From: Phoronis australis | Taxonomy: Eukaryota; Animalia; Phoronida | DNA: 64,000 bases | Direction of reading: 5' to 3' | Assembly (NCBI GenBank): GCA_002633005.1 | Contig: NMRA01000240.1 | Location: 158,415-222,414 of the forward strand | Part shown: piece after piece, positions 1-11,759 of the stretch | Layout of the letters: every line of letters begins with the position of its first letter | Position numbering within the stretch: position 1 is the first letter of the stretch | The notes under the pieces: model-generated | Told to the model about the DNA's origin: nothing | Databases searched by the model: none | Seen by the model: only the letters and a program-made list of their open reading frames with translations | Made by a program: the position numbers and the translations under genes

Positions 1-39
<39 letters not shown>

Positions 40-88
40 CAGCCAGACAGAGACAGAACAAGAGATACAGAGAGACAGAGAGAGAGAT
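1..88. repeat. (AG)n microsatellite degenerating into AGAC/AGAG units
   Basis: Directly visible dinucleotide run at the window start. Confidence 0.95.
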
Positions 89-1900
89 AATACGTTTAAT
101 AACTTTTACAACAAATTAGTGAAATACAGTAGACTGTGTACAGATTCGTTGCTGTTTATTGCACCAATGAATGCACCCTAAAAATGAAATCTTAAAACTT
201 ACCATCAGTCTTAGACAAATCACTCATAATGACGACAAATTAATCAAACCGAATGCCACAAAAGTGTACAGAAATTCACCTCAAAACCTACAACATCATA
301 TAGTGCATAAATCACACCATTTAATTGGATTGGGTGTGACACAACGACTGGCTCTGATCCTGGTGAGTACTATTCTGTAACAATTAATATTACACTGTGA
401 GGTTACCTATTAACTTCTACTTTAAATTATTATCAAATAGTTAAAATCTACATCGAAAAACTACCAACAATACGCAGGAGTGAATCTCTAAAAGTACACA
501 AACTAGGTCTCTCACAAATCTCAGATTAATAATTACACTATTCTACGGTAAGATGTGTTACACTAACTCAAAACAAATCAGCGTTACGGTCAAATCAACG
601 TACAACAACATAAGACTAAACCATACACCGTAAAATAGAAACTAACCTGGCAATAGTTAACCCCTCACAACGTCTTGCGCAATTAGTGGTCAAAACTAGA
701 ATAGACTATACCCTGGTTCACAGAACAAATCAAAGCCAATAGCCCACAAATCTAGCAAGTGACAAACAACAAAATCTGCGCGTCTGTAAGATGGATGCAA
801 AATTGCCAACGGCGGGGGTACGAAGACACCATGCAGTTACTGAGGTATCTGAAATTCGGCACCCCAAGAGGTGTGAATTGGTGAAGTCGAATTAGTTGGC
901 CCCCACCCCACCATAAAATTTTCCTTCCGATGGGCTTGACTGAATGGGTAAAATATCCACCCGGGGGACAAAGTAACTACCCAACACAGTACCATAGGAC
1001 AAAATATATACACGCGACAATATCAAAGAAAGCAAAATATCCACCCGATTGGCAGATTCGGGGGCGGAGGTGTCCACTATCAGTGGAGCATTTTAGTTTT
1101 TATGAGGTATTTTACTTTAAAAACATCAATTATGAATACACTGAAAACGTGATTAATGAAGCAACCCTTCTTAAAAATAACGCATCAGTTTTTATGGCAT
1201 TAGAAACTTTCTGAAATTTAGTGCCTCAAATTTATTTCTTGCGATATGCTACCCGGTGCAGTTTCATGGATAATTCGCGAAGACTAATGTCTGCGATGTC
1301 AAGTGACAGGTATGTAGTGCGCGCTTCCTGGCCACGTGCTTTTAACAACAAGTTTCTATTCGTGAGACAGTCGTAAACTGAATGGGCACTTCGAGTACGA
1401 TTCGCAGTTTTCACGTGTAGGACCTACACAGTGTTAAAAAATAGGTCACACCTGATCAGTTCAGTGTATATTTTTTAAACATAAATACCTCCAGTGGAGA
1501 TGTTAAGGCTATAGACTAGAGAAAAGACAGTGTTGACTACTGGTATTGAACTCTAGAAATCTGGCTTAAGCTCATCATAACCCATGTCAGTAGAAGACTT
1601 CACAACTACACTGAGACTCTCAGAGAGGGACTCTATTACACAAGTTTGAAACAAATATTGTTTTTATTTAAGATTATGGTTAAATGTACTAGTAAGTGAG
1701 ACATCAATGGATTGTTGGAAACATTTTAGTACATATTCAGAAAATACAGTTACTGGTTTTGCAACTATAATTATTCAATAGACTACAACCACACCAAAAC
1801 ATCCTACAATTTTTTTGTCCCTGACCTAGACAACTTTGGCAAAAGGACAGACTTCATTTCTTGCATCCAGATTAGAAAGTTCTGAGATGCGAATAAACTT

Positions 1901-3332
1901 TTACATTCTTCTTTTGTCATGTCTATCTCTCTTGCCCCTATTGTCTTTCTTTTTAGACTTTTTTAAAGATTCATCCTCCCTGTCTTCGCTGTGCTGTCGT
2001 GAGTGTTTTTGCTTCTTTTCCTTCTTCCTTTTCGCGCAAGTTGCTGCTTGGCTGCCAGTACAAGAACTTGGTGAGGAACCGAATGTCATCATTGCTTTCA
2101 ACAGGGAAGCTCGGGAATGGCCTCCTGGAGTAGCCCAAGCATTGTGCCGTCAGCAATGACGTGATCTTGGCGGTATTAATGCCATCATTGAAGCAACTGA
2201 TGGATCCTTCGATGGTGAAACTAATCGTGCGGGATGGGGCTATCAAATACGCTGTGCTAACAACGTCATTGCGGAAGGTAGTGGCTGCCACCATATATAC
2301 ACAAGCAGTACGCGGATGGAGTTTGAGGCTATACAACGTGCCCTAACCAAGCTGTCACTCCTAGACCTGGATAATCACACCATTATCTTTGCCACTGGTT
2401 CCATGGCAGTGTTGATGAAAGTTCAATCTGGAAACCTCCCAGCCAACTGGGGTGTCTTCCGATCACGCCACCCTCATCATGTGGTGATCTGGTCTTTCGT
2501 ACCTGGCCACGCCGGTGTCTTGATTAATGAGCGTGCAGATTACCTCGCTGGCTCATGCACCACCAACCAACCCCTCTACTTATATTTGCAAACGCAACCT
2601 CGAGCAGACTGCATCCCAGCTGGTTGAGTTCAATGATGGCAGCCGCCTGCTCGAAGCCGGTATTATTTATGGCCATGCTGCGAAGAGTCACAAGAAGGGC
2701 CGTGCCCGAGTGCTGTCTAATCAAATGCTTACAGGCAACGTCAGCCCTGAAGTTCTGCGCCTTCTGCTGTCACGGGGATGGTCTGGGGAGGGGATTAATG
2801 CACCAGCATATCCCCAATGATCCTGTCCGTGACAGGTATTACAGGTATTACAGGTATTACTTCCTTTTCCTGTGACTTTCTTCCTCAGGATTTTCTGGGC
2901 GTTCAGACATCTTTGGTGCAATCCCTTCCCTTCGTAACTTTTTTACAGCCTCACTGTCATTCTCGTGATCCTTTGGCACTTTATACTCTTCAACATGGTC
3001 CACTCTAATTGTTCGTCCAAGGAGTTTTATTCCATTCAAATTATCAACTGTCAATACCGTACATGTACTTCGTTGGTCTTCGAAACAAATAAAGCAGAAG
3101 TCTTTACTTGTCCCAGTCCCTTTATCTCGAACCAAGTTTATATGAACAAATTCTCCGTACTGAAAAAAACACTGAAATAATATCTCTTTCAGTTAAATCA
3201 TATGTTAACCCTCCCACATATATCCAGGCACTGTCTCTATACTGATGATGCCAAGAGATTTTTGTTCCTGCCACTTTCCAATTCTCGGTCATTCATCTGG
3301 TTAATAGTCTCAATGTTACTCATAGGATTCAA
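1901..3332 (-). pseudogene. RBMX2: Intronless RBMX2 (Snu17/IST3-like RRM splicing factor) pseudogene, split by a retrotransposon
   Basis: Minus strand reads (L)NPMSNIETINQMNDRELE.. /fs/ ..SWHHQYRDSAWIYVGGLTYDLTERDIISVF /fs/ YGEFVHINLVRDKGTGTSKDFCFICFEDQRST[CT]VLTVDNLNGIKLLGRTIRVDHVEEYKVPKD. This matches the RBMX2 N-terminus and RRM (MNPLT..SWH..YKDSAWIF.GGL..NLVRDK.TG.SKGFCF.C.EDQRST.LAVDN.NG.K..GRTIRVDHV). A Lys-rich tail runs to TAA at 1901. The start codon is TTG, there are two frameshifts, no introns, and an insertion at 2034-2859. Confidence 0.9.
2034..2859 (+). mobile_element. 5'-truncated non-LTR retrotransposon 3' end with RNase H domain (Ingi/I-group-like)
   Basis: RNase H motifs ATDGS..AGWGY..SSTRMEFEAI..IIFAT(G)SM..VPGHAGVLINERADYLAG, with an internal stop and a frameshift. 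The 3' tail is (ACAGGTATT)3. A 10-bp target-site duplication CTTCCTTTTC lies at 2024-2033 and 2860-2869. The clade assignment is inference. Confidence 0.85.
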
Positions 3333-3768
3333 GGTGAATACTTTCCAATAAACCACTCAATCCAATGCATAAAAACGACAGAGACAGGTTCGATTTGTAT
3401 CGCTGATGTAACAAAGAGTCGAGTTCGTCAGTTACCGGCACCTGTTGAAAGAGCTCGCAAAGTAACATTTACAAGGAACCTGCGTCCAAGCTAACTAGTG
3501 CCAGAGCCGTGGTAAGTGGGTAGCTGGACTGAAGCTCACACCTTCTTGTGAGGTCCCAGAGTTCAGTGAAACAATAAAACTATTCAATGGTCGTTACGTA
3601 ACAGCTGGTAGACATAGAAATGGCAACTTCAAATAGAACATTTAGAACGAGCACCAGCTTTTTTGTCGTCCTTGACCCAGTCTTCAACTTCCTATATGAA
3701 CAGCGACATCTACCGTCAATTACTGATTTATCGTCTCAGCTAAGTTTTCTTTTGGACATTTCCCTTAA

Positions 3769-6700
3769 AGTCCTGCTCTCAAACTGCCCATGTGGTTCCA
3801 GTATCCGAAAATACTTACTACATAAATTCTTATTTTCGACACCCTTTCTTTATATTCTTTTCGCCTTTCTTGCCAAAAGCGATTTTTAACAGTATTTGAC
3901 CCTTCTCTGTGAGCGTATAATTACCGGCTGTCATCGGTTATTTCCGTACCCATATTTCCGGCTCATCATTGCAGGAACTTGTCCTGAACGCAGCCATTTT
4001 TTCCTTGTAACTGAATGTGCTATGGCTTGCTCGAAGAGTCTTCATTATTTTGTGATTTTTTTGCATATGTAGTGTATTTATAGTTTGTAGTTAGTGGTCG
4101 TTGATTTGTTTGGAATGTTTTGTTAAAATAGCATTGGTGTTTAGTTCCTTACGTAGGCCGGTCGAACCTAGGAACCAATATGGGCCGAACCAATTTTTTT
4201 TCGGCTTGATTTCTTTTTCTCGTTTTGAAAAACAACTTTGTTATCATCGGAAAGGTAGTACATTCTACTCAGTAAAAATCGAAAAAGTATCAAAATCGGG
4301 GCAAGCAGTGTATAGTTATTGCAAGTTTTGTGGTGAAATTTGGGTCACTTGGTTTGGATCGCGTCGGCCATATTGTGTAAATTGTTTTCGCCAACAAATA
4401 TTGTTGAAATGTAGTTAGACATATCTTTACTTACTATTCTGCACGATTTAACCGTGTTCACCAAATTTCATCCTCGCAGTTGTTACTCATTAAGTGATAC
4501 ATGTGCTCACAATTCCCGTTGGACTTCGTCTCATTTCTGGCGCCACCGACAACATGGCGACTTTTGCTGAACTGTAAGGCATGTTCAATCGGCTACTTTG
4601 TAATTTGTGAAGATTTAACGTTGATACATTTTGACAAACGTTGCAGCAATTTTCGTGTTTTTTTTGTGCAAAAATATAAGATATATTTGAATTATTTACT
4701 GAAAGACAGGTGATCTTACACTGAGCTAAAAAAATATTTGAAATAATTTTGAAATGTTTTTTTTTGACTGTCAACTGCTGTTCAAGATTAGATTCGGTGT
4801 CACAAAATGATTGATATTTTTCTAAATTTTAAGTCCCAATTGCTTTCAAGTCATGATTTGTAACTTATTGCTTCTTAATTCAGGTGATCAAGTCAACAAT
4901 ATGAACGAGAGCTCTCGGAGGAGCTACACTTGGCGGAATTAATCTACAGGAGAAAACGTTTTTGGCCATATTTCGGGATGCGCATGCGCCACTTCCAATA
5001 TTTCCGCCATCTTTGACCGGAAGTCAACGATGTTCATCCCCCTTGTAGCACATGGGTTCTAGTATAATCCTACTGATTTTCAGCCATGTACGTTGAAAAA
5101 TGCGGCCTCCACGAGCATTTGACTGTGAATTCGAATACAAAATGGCCGCCGCGTCCGCCATTTTGTATCCGACCATGACCAAAAACGATAGGCTGTCATG
5201 AATTTCCGATCTACACGTCGTTCGCGAATTTCGTGAAACTCGGACGAAAATTGCGACCTGTAGAGTGCGAACAAACAAAAAACAAGAGCGCTCGGAAGAT
5301 GAGAGGACGACGACAATCATGACGATCAAGGCGGCAATTATGAATAACACGATAACATTCATGTGACTAGCGAAGAAAATGGAAAAATTCTTCTGGAAGC
5401 CCGTTCAAAACTCTATCTAAAGTTATAGTTTGGCAAAAATCCAAAAACATTTTGAAATAATTGAAACTTTCCCGTTTTTTTTGAAATTCAAAGTCAAATA
5501 ACTCGAAAATGGTAAGTCTGAGAAATACGCTCTCGCAAACATTTTGAAAGGCCATACTTAAAGTAATCCACATGCAAAAATTCACGTCATTTGCTCTTCC
5601 CGTTAAAATCGCGACAGCTGAACGATTGAAACCGTGGGAACATGCGCCACAGCCGCCATCTTGAAAGTAACTTCCGGTTCAATAAACTTTTATAAAAGCT
5701 TATTAAACTCAACAAACACGTGGCCAGCTCGAAAGTGATTGGTTCGCAAATGCGACTTCTAAAGGAGAAAACGTTTTTAAACATATTTCGGGGTGCGCAT
5801 GCGCCACTTCCAATGTTTCCGCCATCTTTTACTGGAAGTCATTGATTTTCTGCACACTTGTATCACGTGCGTTCTATAATAAACGTACTGAATTTCAGCT
5901 ATGTACGTTGAAAAATGCGGCCTCTAAGAGCATTTGACTGTGAAATCGGATACAAAATGCCCGCCACGTCCGTCATTTTATATCCGATCATGACCAAAAA
6001 CAAAAATGTTCCGGGACTTTTTGATCTACACGTCGTGTGCAAATTTCGTGAAAATCGGACGAAAATTGCGACCTGTAGAGTGCAAACAAAAAAATTGACG
6101 ACAGAGCAACACACTTGTCGGAAGAATTCCGCCAAGTAATAATCTTAATTTGAGAAATAAGCTGTGTTGGATTGTGAAGCTTCAAGCCTCTAATTCTTGT
6201 TCCTTGCAACTTCATATTTTTTTAAATGATGCTTGTCGAATTCTGGTGTAAGGAAACACTATTCCGTCACCATGGTAATAGTTACATGTATGTCCACTTT
6301 TATATCATGGAAACTGTTGCTGTTGAATAGTGTTTGTAATGCTAAATGTGTAAAGTATTGTGCATTTTAAGTTACTTATTATGTTAAAATTTTGAATCAC
6401 TTTGGGCTAATGAATAAAAAATGATAACACGTTGTATTGGACTTGTCATACTTATGTGTTCGAACGAGCCCCCTTTTTGAAGAAATGGAAAAAGGTCTGC
6501 CTCAGTCACAGAAGCACGAATTCCGAAAAAAGTAGAAAATGAGACAATATTCTACTAAAGGAAAAGGAAGTACCAAAATTTAGAGTCTGCAGTTCATAAC
6601 TCTGAACATACCCACTGAATCTTATAGTAAAAGATAGACATTCCCAAAAATTCCAGACCCACCCCCCTCCATTCTTTTAGTCTTGGTACGCTCATACAAA

Positions 6701-7478
6701 GTCTGGGGAAATCTCTATTTAAAGCCAACAACTTTGCATAATTCGTCAGAAGTACCCAAGTTCTAAATAAACCTCGTTTGAGTGAGTGCTGTGGCCAGCG
6801 ACCAGTTAGGCCTAAGGGTAGCCTTGGCGCAAAGCTGTATAGGCCTACTAACAAGCTGAACATGTGTTTTTCACTGGTAGCTGGTGACAGACGCTAACTA
6901 AGGTCTGCCGCAGCAGTGTGACACAGAACTAACCAGCCCGTAATTTTATGCAAGTGTCTGAAACTACCCTTGAATATATGCAGTATTTATGATTTGACCA
7001 TTTTACTTCGACAAAACAGCTTGCAACAGCATGCATTTACCGTTCGCCAGTGTCTGGTCTCGATCTGCACCGTGTCCGATAAGCTGCGGTCCCGAGTGTG
7101 GCAAAATAATTTCTGTCAAAATTTTTTCACCACATTTCTTCAGCAAATTCGATAAAATTGTCCGTAGTTTGATTTTATTAAAATTGAAGCGCGCTGTCGA
7201 TAATATTATCCACGTTTGCTGGCTGGTAACAGTACAGGTACTGCTCCAGTCGCACTGACGGCGTTTTCTCGGCCTGGGTTCCTGAACGAATTGTACTTCC
7301 GGGTTCGCGGCAAGTTGAAAATGGCGGTGGTTCTACGGGTGCGAATCGTGAGTGGCGCGTTCATTTAAATTTTTTTTCGAGTACGGATCGTGTATTAGTT
7401 ATGGGGTAGGTACTTCTTGGATCCTTATAACATCCTCTAACCATGTAATAAGGGTTAACAACGTGTGAGAGCAGGACT
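3769..7478. mobile_element. Non-autonomous Kolobok-type DNA transposon (copy 1, longer)
   Basis: TTAA flanks at 3765-3768 and 7479-7482; TIR AGTCCTGCTCTC / GAGAGCAGGACT; closely similar to 44312-45979. Confidence 0.85.
4949..6092. repeat. Diverged ~330-bp direct repeat pair inside the Kolobok element (4949-5285 and 5764-6092)
   Basis: Both units read GGAGAAAACGTTTTT..ATATTTCGGG.TGCGCATGCGCCACTTCCAAT..GAAAATTGCGACCTGTAGAGTGC. Confidence 0.85.
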
Positions 7479-7569
7479 TTAAAACTTCAAAACATAAGAA
7501 AATGCATGGCAGGAATTCTTTAAACGCTGTCCTGTATATAACTTCGTATCGAAGCTATTACGATTATGT

Positions 7570-8330
7570 GGATTGTTCTAAAACCAGTCGACCTAGTACA
7601 CTCCACGACCCCTCGACCCAAGAACCCGTTGACCCACAACCCCACGACCCACAACCCCATCGAACAACGATCTTTCGCAATAGTCGTATCTTGGCGCATT
7701 TACACTTTTAATATACATCATTGAATGACACGCAAGTCTGCCCAGGCTCAAGTCTGTTGGTTAAAAACAGAAAGCGGAGAAAGAACATGATCTGAAATAG
7801 CGCATTGGGAGCGTGCTATCCTTGTCACGGAGTGGTAACCAATGGCCTTGTTCAACTAAAGTTGGGGAGAGAGCACAATAACATGAATATACATAATTTC
7901 ACATTTACTATTACCTGTATTTACTTCCTGTTGTACACTGTATACCCGATTACAATGTACTCCATATAACGTAAAGATAATGTTTTAGTTATCAGCTTGT
8001 TTTTAAAACTGTATTACTTTGTATCGTCGGCAGGTCTTTGATTACACTTGGTGGGGTTCTTTTTTCTGTTTTTTTGCTTTCAAACTTGCTAACTCGACTC
8101 TCTGAATAGCAAAAACAGAAAAAAACAACCGTGCTCACGGCACAACTTGTTGGTCTTGCAAGTCAGCACTTGTTCTATGTTCAGATGGAGTCAAGCTTGC
8201 ACAGACCGAGTCGAGGGGGTAGTGGGTCAGGGGTTGAGGGCGTCGTGGGTCGAGAGGATGGTCATTTGTGGAAGTCGCGGGTAGACGTGATTGTGGGGTG
8301 TGGGGATCCAGGGGACTTTAGAACAATACC
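7570..8330. mobile_element. MULE/MuDR-like non-autonomous element with subterminal GACCC/ACCC repeats
   Basis: Ends GGATTGTTCTAAA and TTTAGAACAAT(A)CC; mirror-image C-rich and G-rich short repeats; degenerate 9-bp flanks CGATTATGT/CATTTATTT; same TIR family as 23274-27622. Confidence 0.6.
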
Positions 8331-8886
8331 CATTTATTTGCGGGAAGGGGATTCATTCGAACTCCCAGAACCAACCTTAGTATGGCCATGGATCATTTAT
8401 AACAAAAAGTACGACTTTTCTTGGGACCACGGCAACTCATTTGGACCCGCACAACTTTTTTCGGACTTCTCTCCAGTACGGGGGTCGGAGGGGATTGTCG
8501 AACCACGGAGAACTTCAAAGTGAATTTTACTAGCCTGGAGATTTCCGGAAAATTCCCCTTGGTTAAATAATGCTTCAGCGGGGAATTTTCATTTACTCCG
8601 GGAAAAATTGATTCTAGAGTTTCCCCGTGGTAAGGTTCGTTTCCTTCCGTATATACATGTACCGTATAGTCCAGCATTTAGGCGCATATGCCTCATTGTG
8701 GAACCCCCGCCTAATTGCGTGACTTAGGAACATGCACATATATGCGGGACATTTGAGTAGAGCTTGGGTGGATTATGATGCTCCGAATGTAGGAGCACCT
8801 TCAATGTATAAAATAACGCCTCTATTTTGCACGAGGATTATAATATAAATTATTTATATGATATACAACCGAAGAACCTGTATTAC

Positions 8887-9046
8887 CTGTTCGTTTCGGC
8901 TGGAAAATAACAAGTCTATCGCAATTACAGTCCCTCCAGCTCTTCAGGACGACAATGGTCTTCACTCTGTGACCCTCGCTTGAACTTCTCATCTCATATT
9001 CAACCATCTGTTCATTATCCTTTGAACAATCACAGCTCGATTGCAC
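8887..9046 (-). other. Candidate isolated exon (Cys-containing) of an unidentified minus-strand gene or gene fragment
   Basis: Acceptor ..GCTTTAG and donor GTAATA bracket an open frame VQSSCDCSKDNEQMVEYEMRSSSEGHRVKTIVVLKSWRDCNCDRLVIFQPKRT. No partner exons recognised. Confidence 0.25.
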
Positions 9047-9262
9047 CTAAAGCATTGTAACAGTTATTAAAGTTTAATTTTAGATGAGGAGATGAATCAA
9101 GTGTTTTTTACACGTATGTCGTTCTTGAAGATAAAGCTTGTAACGAGTTTTAAAATCGTATTTTTGAATTTTTAAGGTAACAGTTAAAACTGTTCTTCTA
9201 CACATCCAGGGTGTCACTAACGCCATATTAGGTTGTTTCAAACAAAATGCAATTAATGTATT

Positions 9263-9602
9263 TTTTAAAATCATTAAATGTCCTACTGCAAACGGTGAAC
9301 CCCCTGCGCCTAATTTGGGACTTAGGTGTATGCGGCTATATGCGGGACATTGGACTTGTCATACTTATGTGTTCGAACGAGCCCCCTTTTTGAAGAAATG
9401 GAAAAAGGTCTGCCTCAGTCACAGAAGCACGAATTCCGAAAAAAGTAGAAAATGAGACAATATTCTACTAAAGGAAAAGGAAGTACCAAAATTTAGAGTC
9501 TGCAGTTCATAACTTTTAAAATCATTAAATGTCCTACTGCAAACGGTGAACCCCCTGCGCCTAATTTGGGACTTAGGTGTATGCGGCTATATGCGGGACA
9601 TT
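9263..9602. repeat. 89-bp exact direct duplication (9263-9351, 9514-9602) enclosing a 162-bp exact copy of 6439-6600
   Basis: Base-by-base comparison by eye; ATT microhomology at the left junction, T at the right. Confidence 0.9.
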
Positions 9603-10693
9603 TGAGCTTGCGAAAAAAAGCAATGATCCGCATATAGACGCATGTGCCTAACTGGTGGGTTATACGGTAATAACTCACCAATACCACACTGGCGCACTGA
9701 TTCTCAAGGCCAGAATTGCTTCGCGGCTTTTATGTTGATCTCAGTGTAAACAATATTCATAGATACTTGCATTTCTTTGTAAAGTATGGGAGCTTTCCAC
9801 TCAAAAAGCAGATAATCACGCAGTACAACGTACAATTCAAGCAGAAAGTGTTAATAAATTTAGTTCACAACACAAAGGCGTTAGTTCCTTGGTAACTCAA
9901 GTGCCAATTCTAGTGTCAACCCTGTTTCCCGTCAACTAGAAAATGAACACCAGATACGCGTTTTTGAGTTAAACTCGACTGAGACTCATTTCAAGTAGAA
10001 ATTGTGGAGTCTGATTTCGAGATCGCAACTCCATCAGTCCCTCGGTTTTGGGGCCGAATATTGGAATCTAATGAGTCCCAGCTTCTATGAGTCCGGGATT
10101 TTTTGTGTATCGGTCATTTGTGTTACAACCCAGGGGCTAAGTAGACCAGTGTGTAAGTTTTAGCTATAATCAATGTTTTAGGTCCAAGTCACAATTTTGA
10201 CCCTGATCGTTGTCAGATCAAGTAATCCCCTGGAATTTTCGAATGCGAGCTGTATCTTGAATGCAAGATGTTTGCTCAGTCGCATACTCAAATCTTATGC
10301 TGTTTTTCTTGACTAATTGAGAGCTGATCAGGAAGACATTGGACCCAGAGTGAAAGCAACCACTCTACACAGAATGAAGGCACAAGCACATTTACCCTCG
10401 GATGAACGAAAGTCCTGGTTTGTGCCTGACTTTAGGCACTGGGTTCAGAAATTCAAAAGCAAAACCCTGACTTGCGTCCTAAATGATGTTTTTACCACGT
10501 GCTGCACGTGAAGAAAATTTTCAGAAGATGGAACGTGGAACTTCACGTTCACGGCATTTGTCTCATGTTACGTTGTTTCGTCCTAAGACAGAGTAGATGT
10601 GCATGAAAATTTATTCCGAATATGAAATTTGGTTATGCCTGTGACCGCAAAAATATTTTTAGCATGCGACACTATAACCCAAACAGTACGTTA

Positions 10694-11591
10694 ATGAGGA
10701 TTTTGACTTTCGTAAGCCTGGTTATTCCATGTCTTCGTTATCCTGCGGCGATGGTCAAGACTGAGACGTCATATCCAGAAATTGAACAGTGTGATTCCGA
10801 CGTAGTATTTGCCATTCCTGTAAGTGATTCCATCGATGAAAATCAATACGAGCTAATGAAAGATTTCGTCATTGGAGCCGCCGGCAAATTGCGATCTACA
10901 AACGGTCGGATTGGTGTTTATCAGTACGGTGACACCGTGGCTCCAAGTATAAAGTTAAACAGTGGTGTTAATGCCACAGTGCAAGACAAAATGAAAGAAA
11001 GGATAGGGACAACGAAAAAGAAAGATGCAAGAATCACGAAAACAGGAGAAATTCCAACATTCTTTGGAATGGGCCTCGGTCAAGTTAGGTTACAAGCCTT
11101 TTCTCTGATTAACAGTGATCGCCGTGACACAGTCAAAATAGTCATCGGCTTGGTGGATGGTCCTACAAATGAAGAACGTGTTCTTGGATCCAAAATATCT
11201 TTGGGAAACAACCCTACATTGCAGGCCGCTGCATATATTGACTTTGGTTTTTTACTTTTCAGTGTTTTAATTAATCGTCAGGCAAGTGGCAAAGAAATTG
11301 CTAAAAAGAATGGATACAGTGGACATTTTTTTACCCCCTACTTCAAGAAGTTGGTTGATTTACAAGATATGGTCGTAACGGCTGTAAAGGCAAGATGTTG
11401 GCAGATGCGGCAGATAAGAGGGGAATCAGTCACTGATCGTCTTGTGAGTGAAGTTTTCAAGAGCGACAACACTATTCACACAAAATGGTTGTGTGGACAA
11501 GTAGGCGATGTGGGAATTTCGTATTGTTCTGAATCTGTACAATACCTTAAAAGACCAAAGTTGTACACGAAACCACTTCCAGATAAATATT
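10694..11591 (+). CDS. Exon 1 of a secreted VWA + tandem 6-Cys module protein: signal peptide + VWA domain
   Basis: Intact ORF. Hydrophobic N-terminus MRILTFVSLVIPCL..; VWA signature CDSDVVFAIPVSDSIDENQYELMKDFV..RIGVYQYGD..PTFFGMGL..AFS..DRRDTVKIVIGLVDG; ends at phase-1 donor T|GTAAGT at 11591/11592. An upstream in-frame ATG at 10622 is an alternative start. Confidence 0.85.
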
Positions 11592-11759
11592 GTAAGTATT
11601 AAGCTGCAATAGTATGAACGCAATTATGCCAGCTGATATACCGTATTGTCAAGCCTTTTGGCCCATGAACCTGTATCCGAAATAATGCCCTTTTTGCGGA
11701 CTTTTTACCCATGTGGATCGCATGAAATTGGGTGCGCTTTTTAAAGTTCGCATATTTAA

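Noticed and set aside
90-880. Strand-biased A/C-rich region with a PBS-like TGGGGTGCCGAA on the minus strand, suggesting an LTR-element leader
   Set aside because: No LTR boundaries, TSD or gag ORF could be identified.
1530-1620. tRNA/SINE-like A- and B-box pattern on the minus strand
   Set aside because: Too degenerate; no cloverleaf could be formed.
7590-7680. Short spaced repeats superficially like a CRISPR array (also 23280-23330 and 27530-27610)
   Set aside because: Irregular subterminal repeats of a MULE-like element in eukaryotic DNA; no unique spacers or cas genes.
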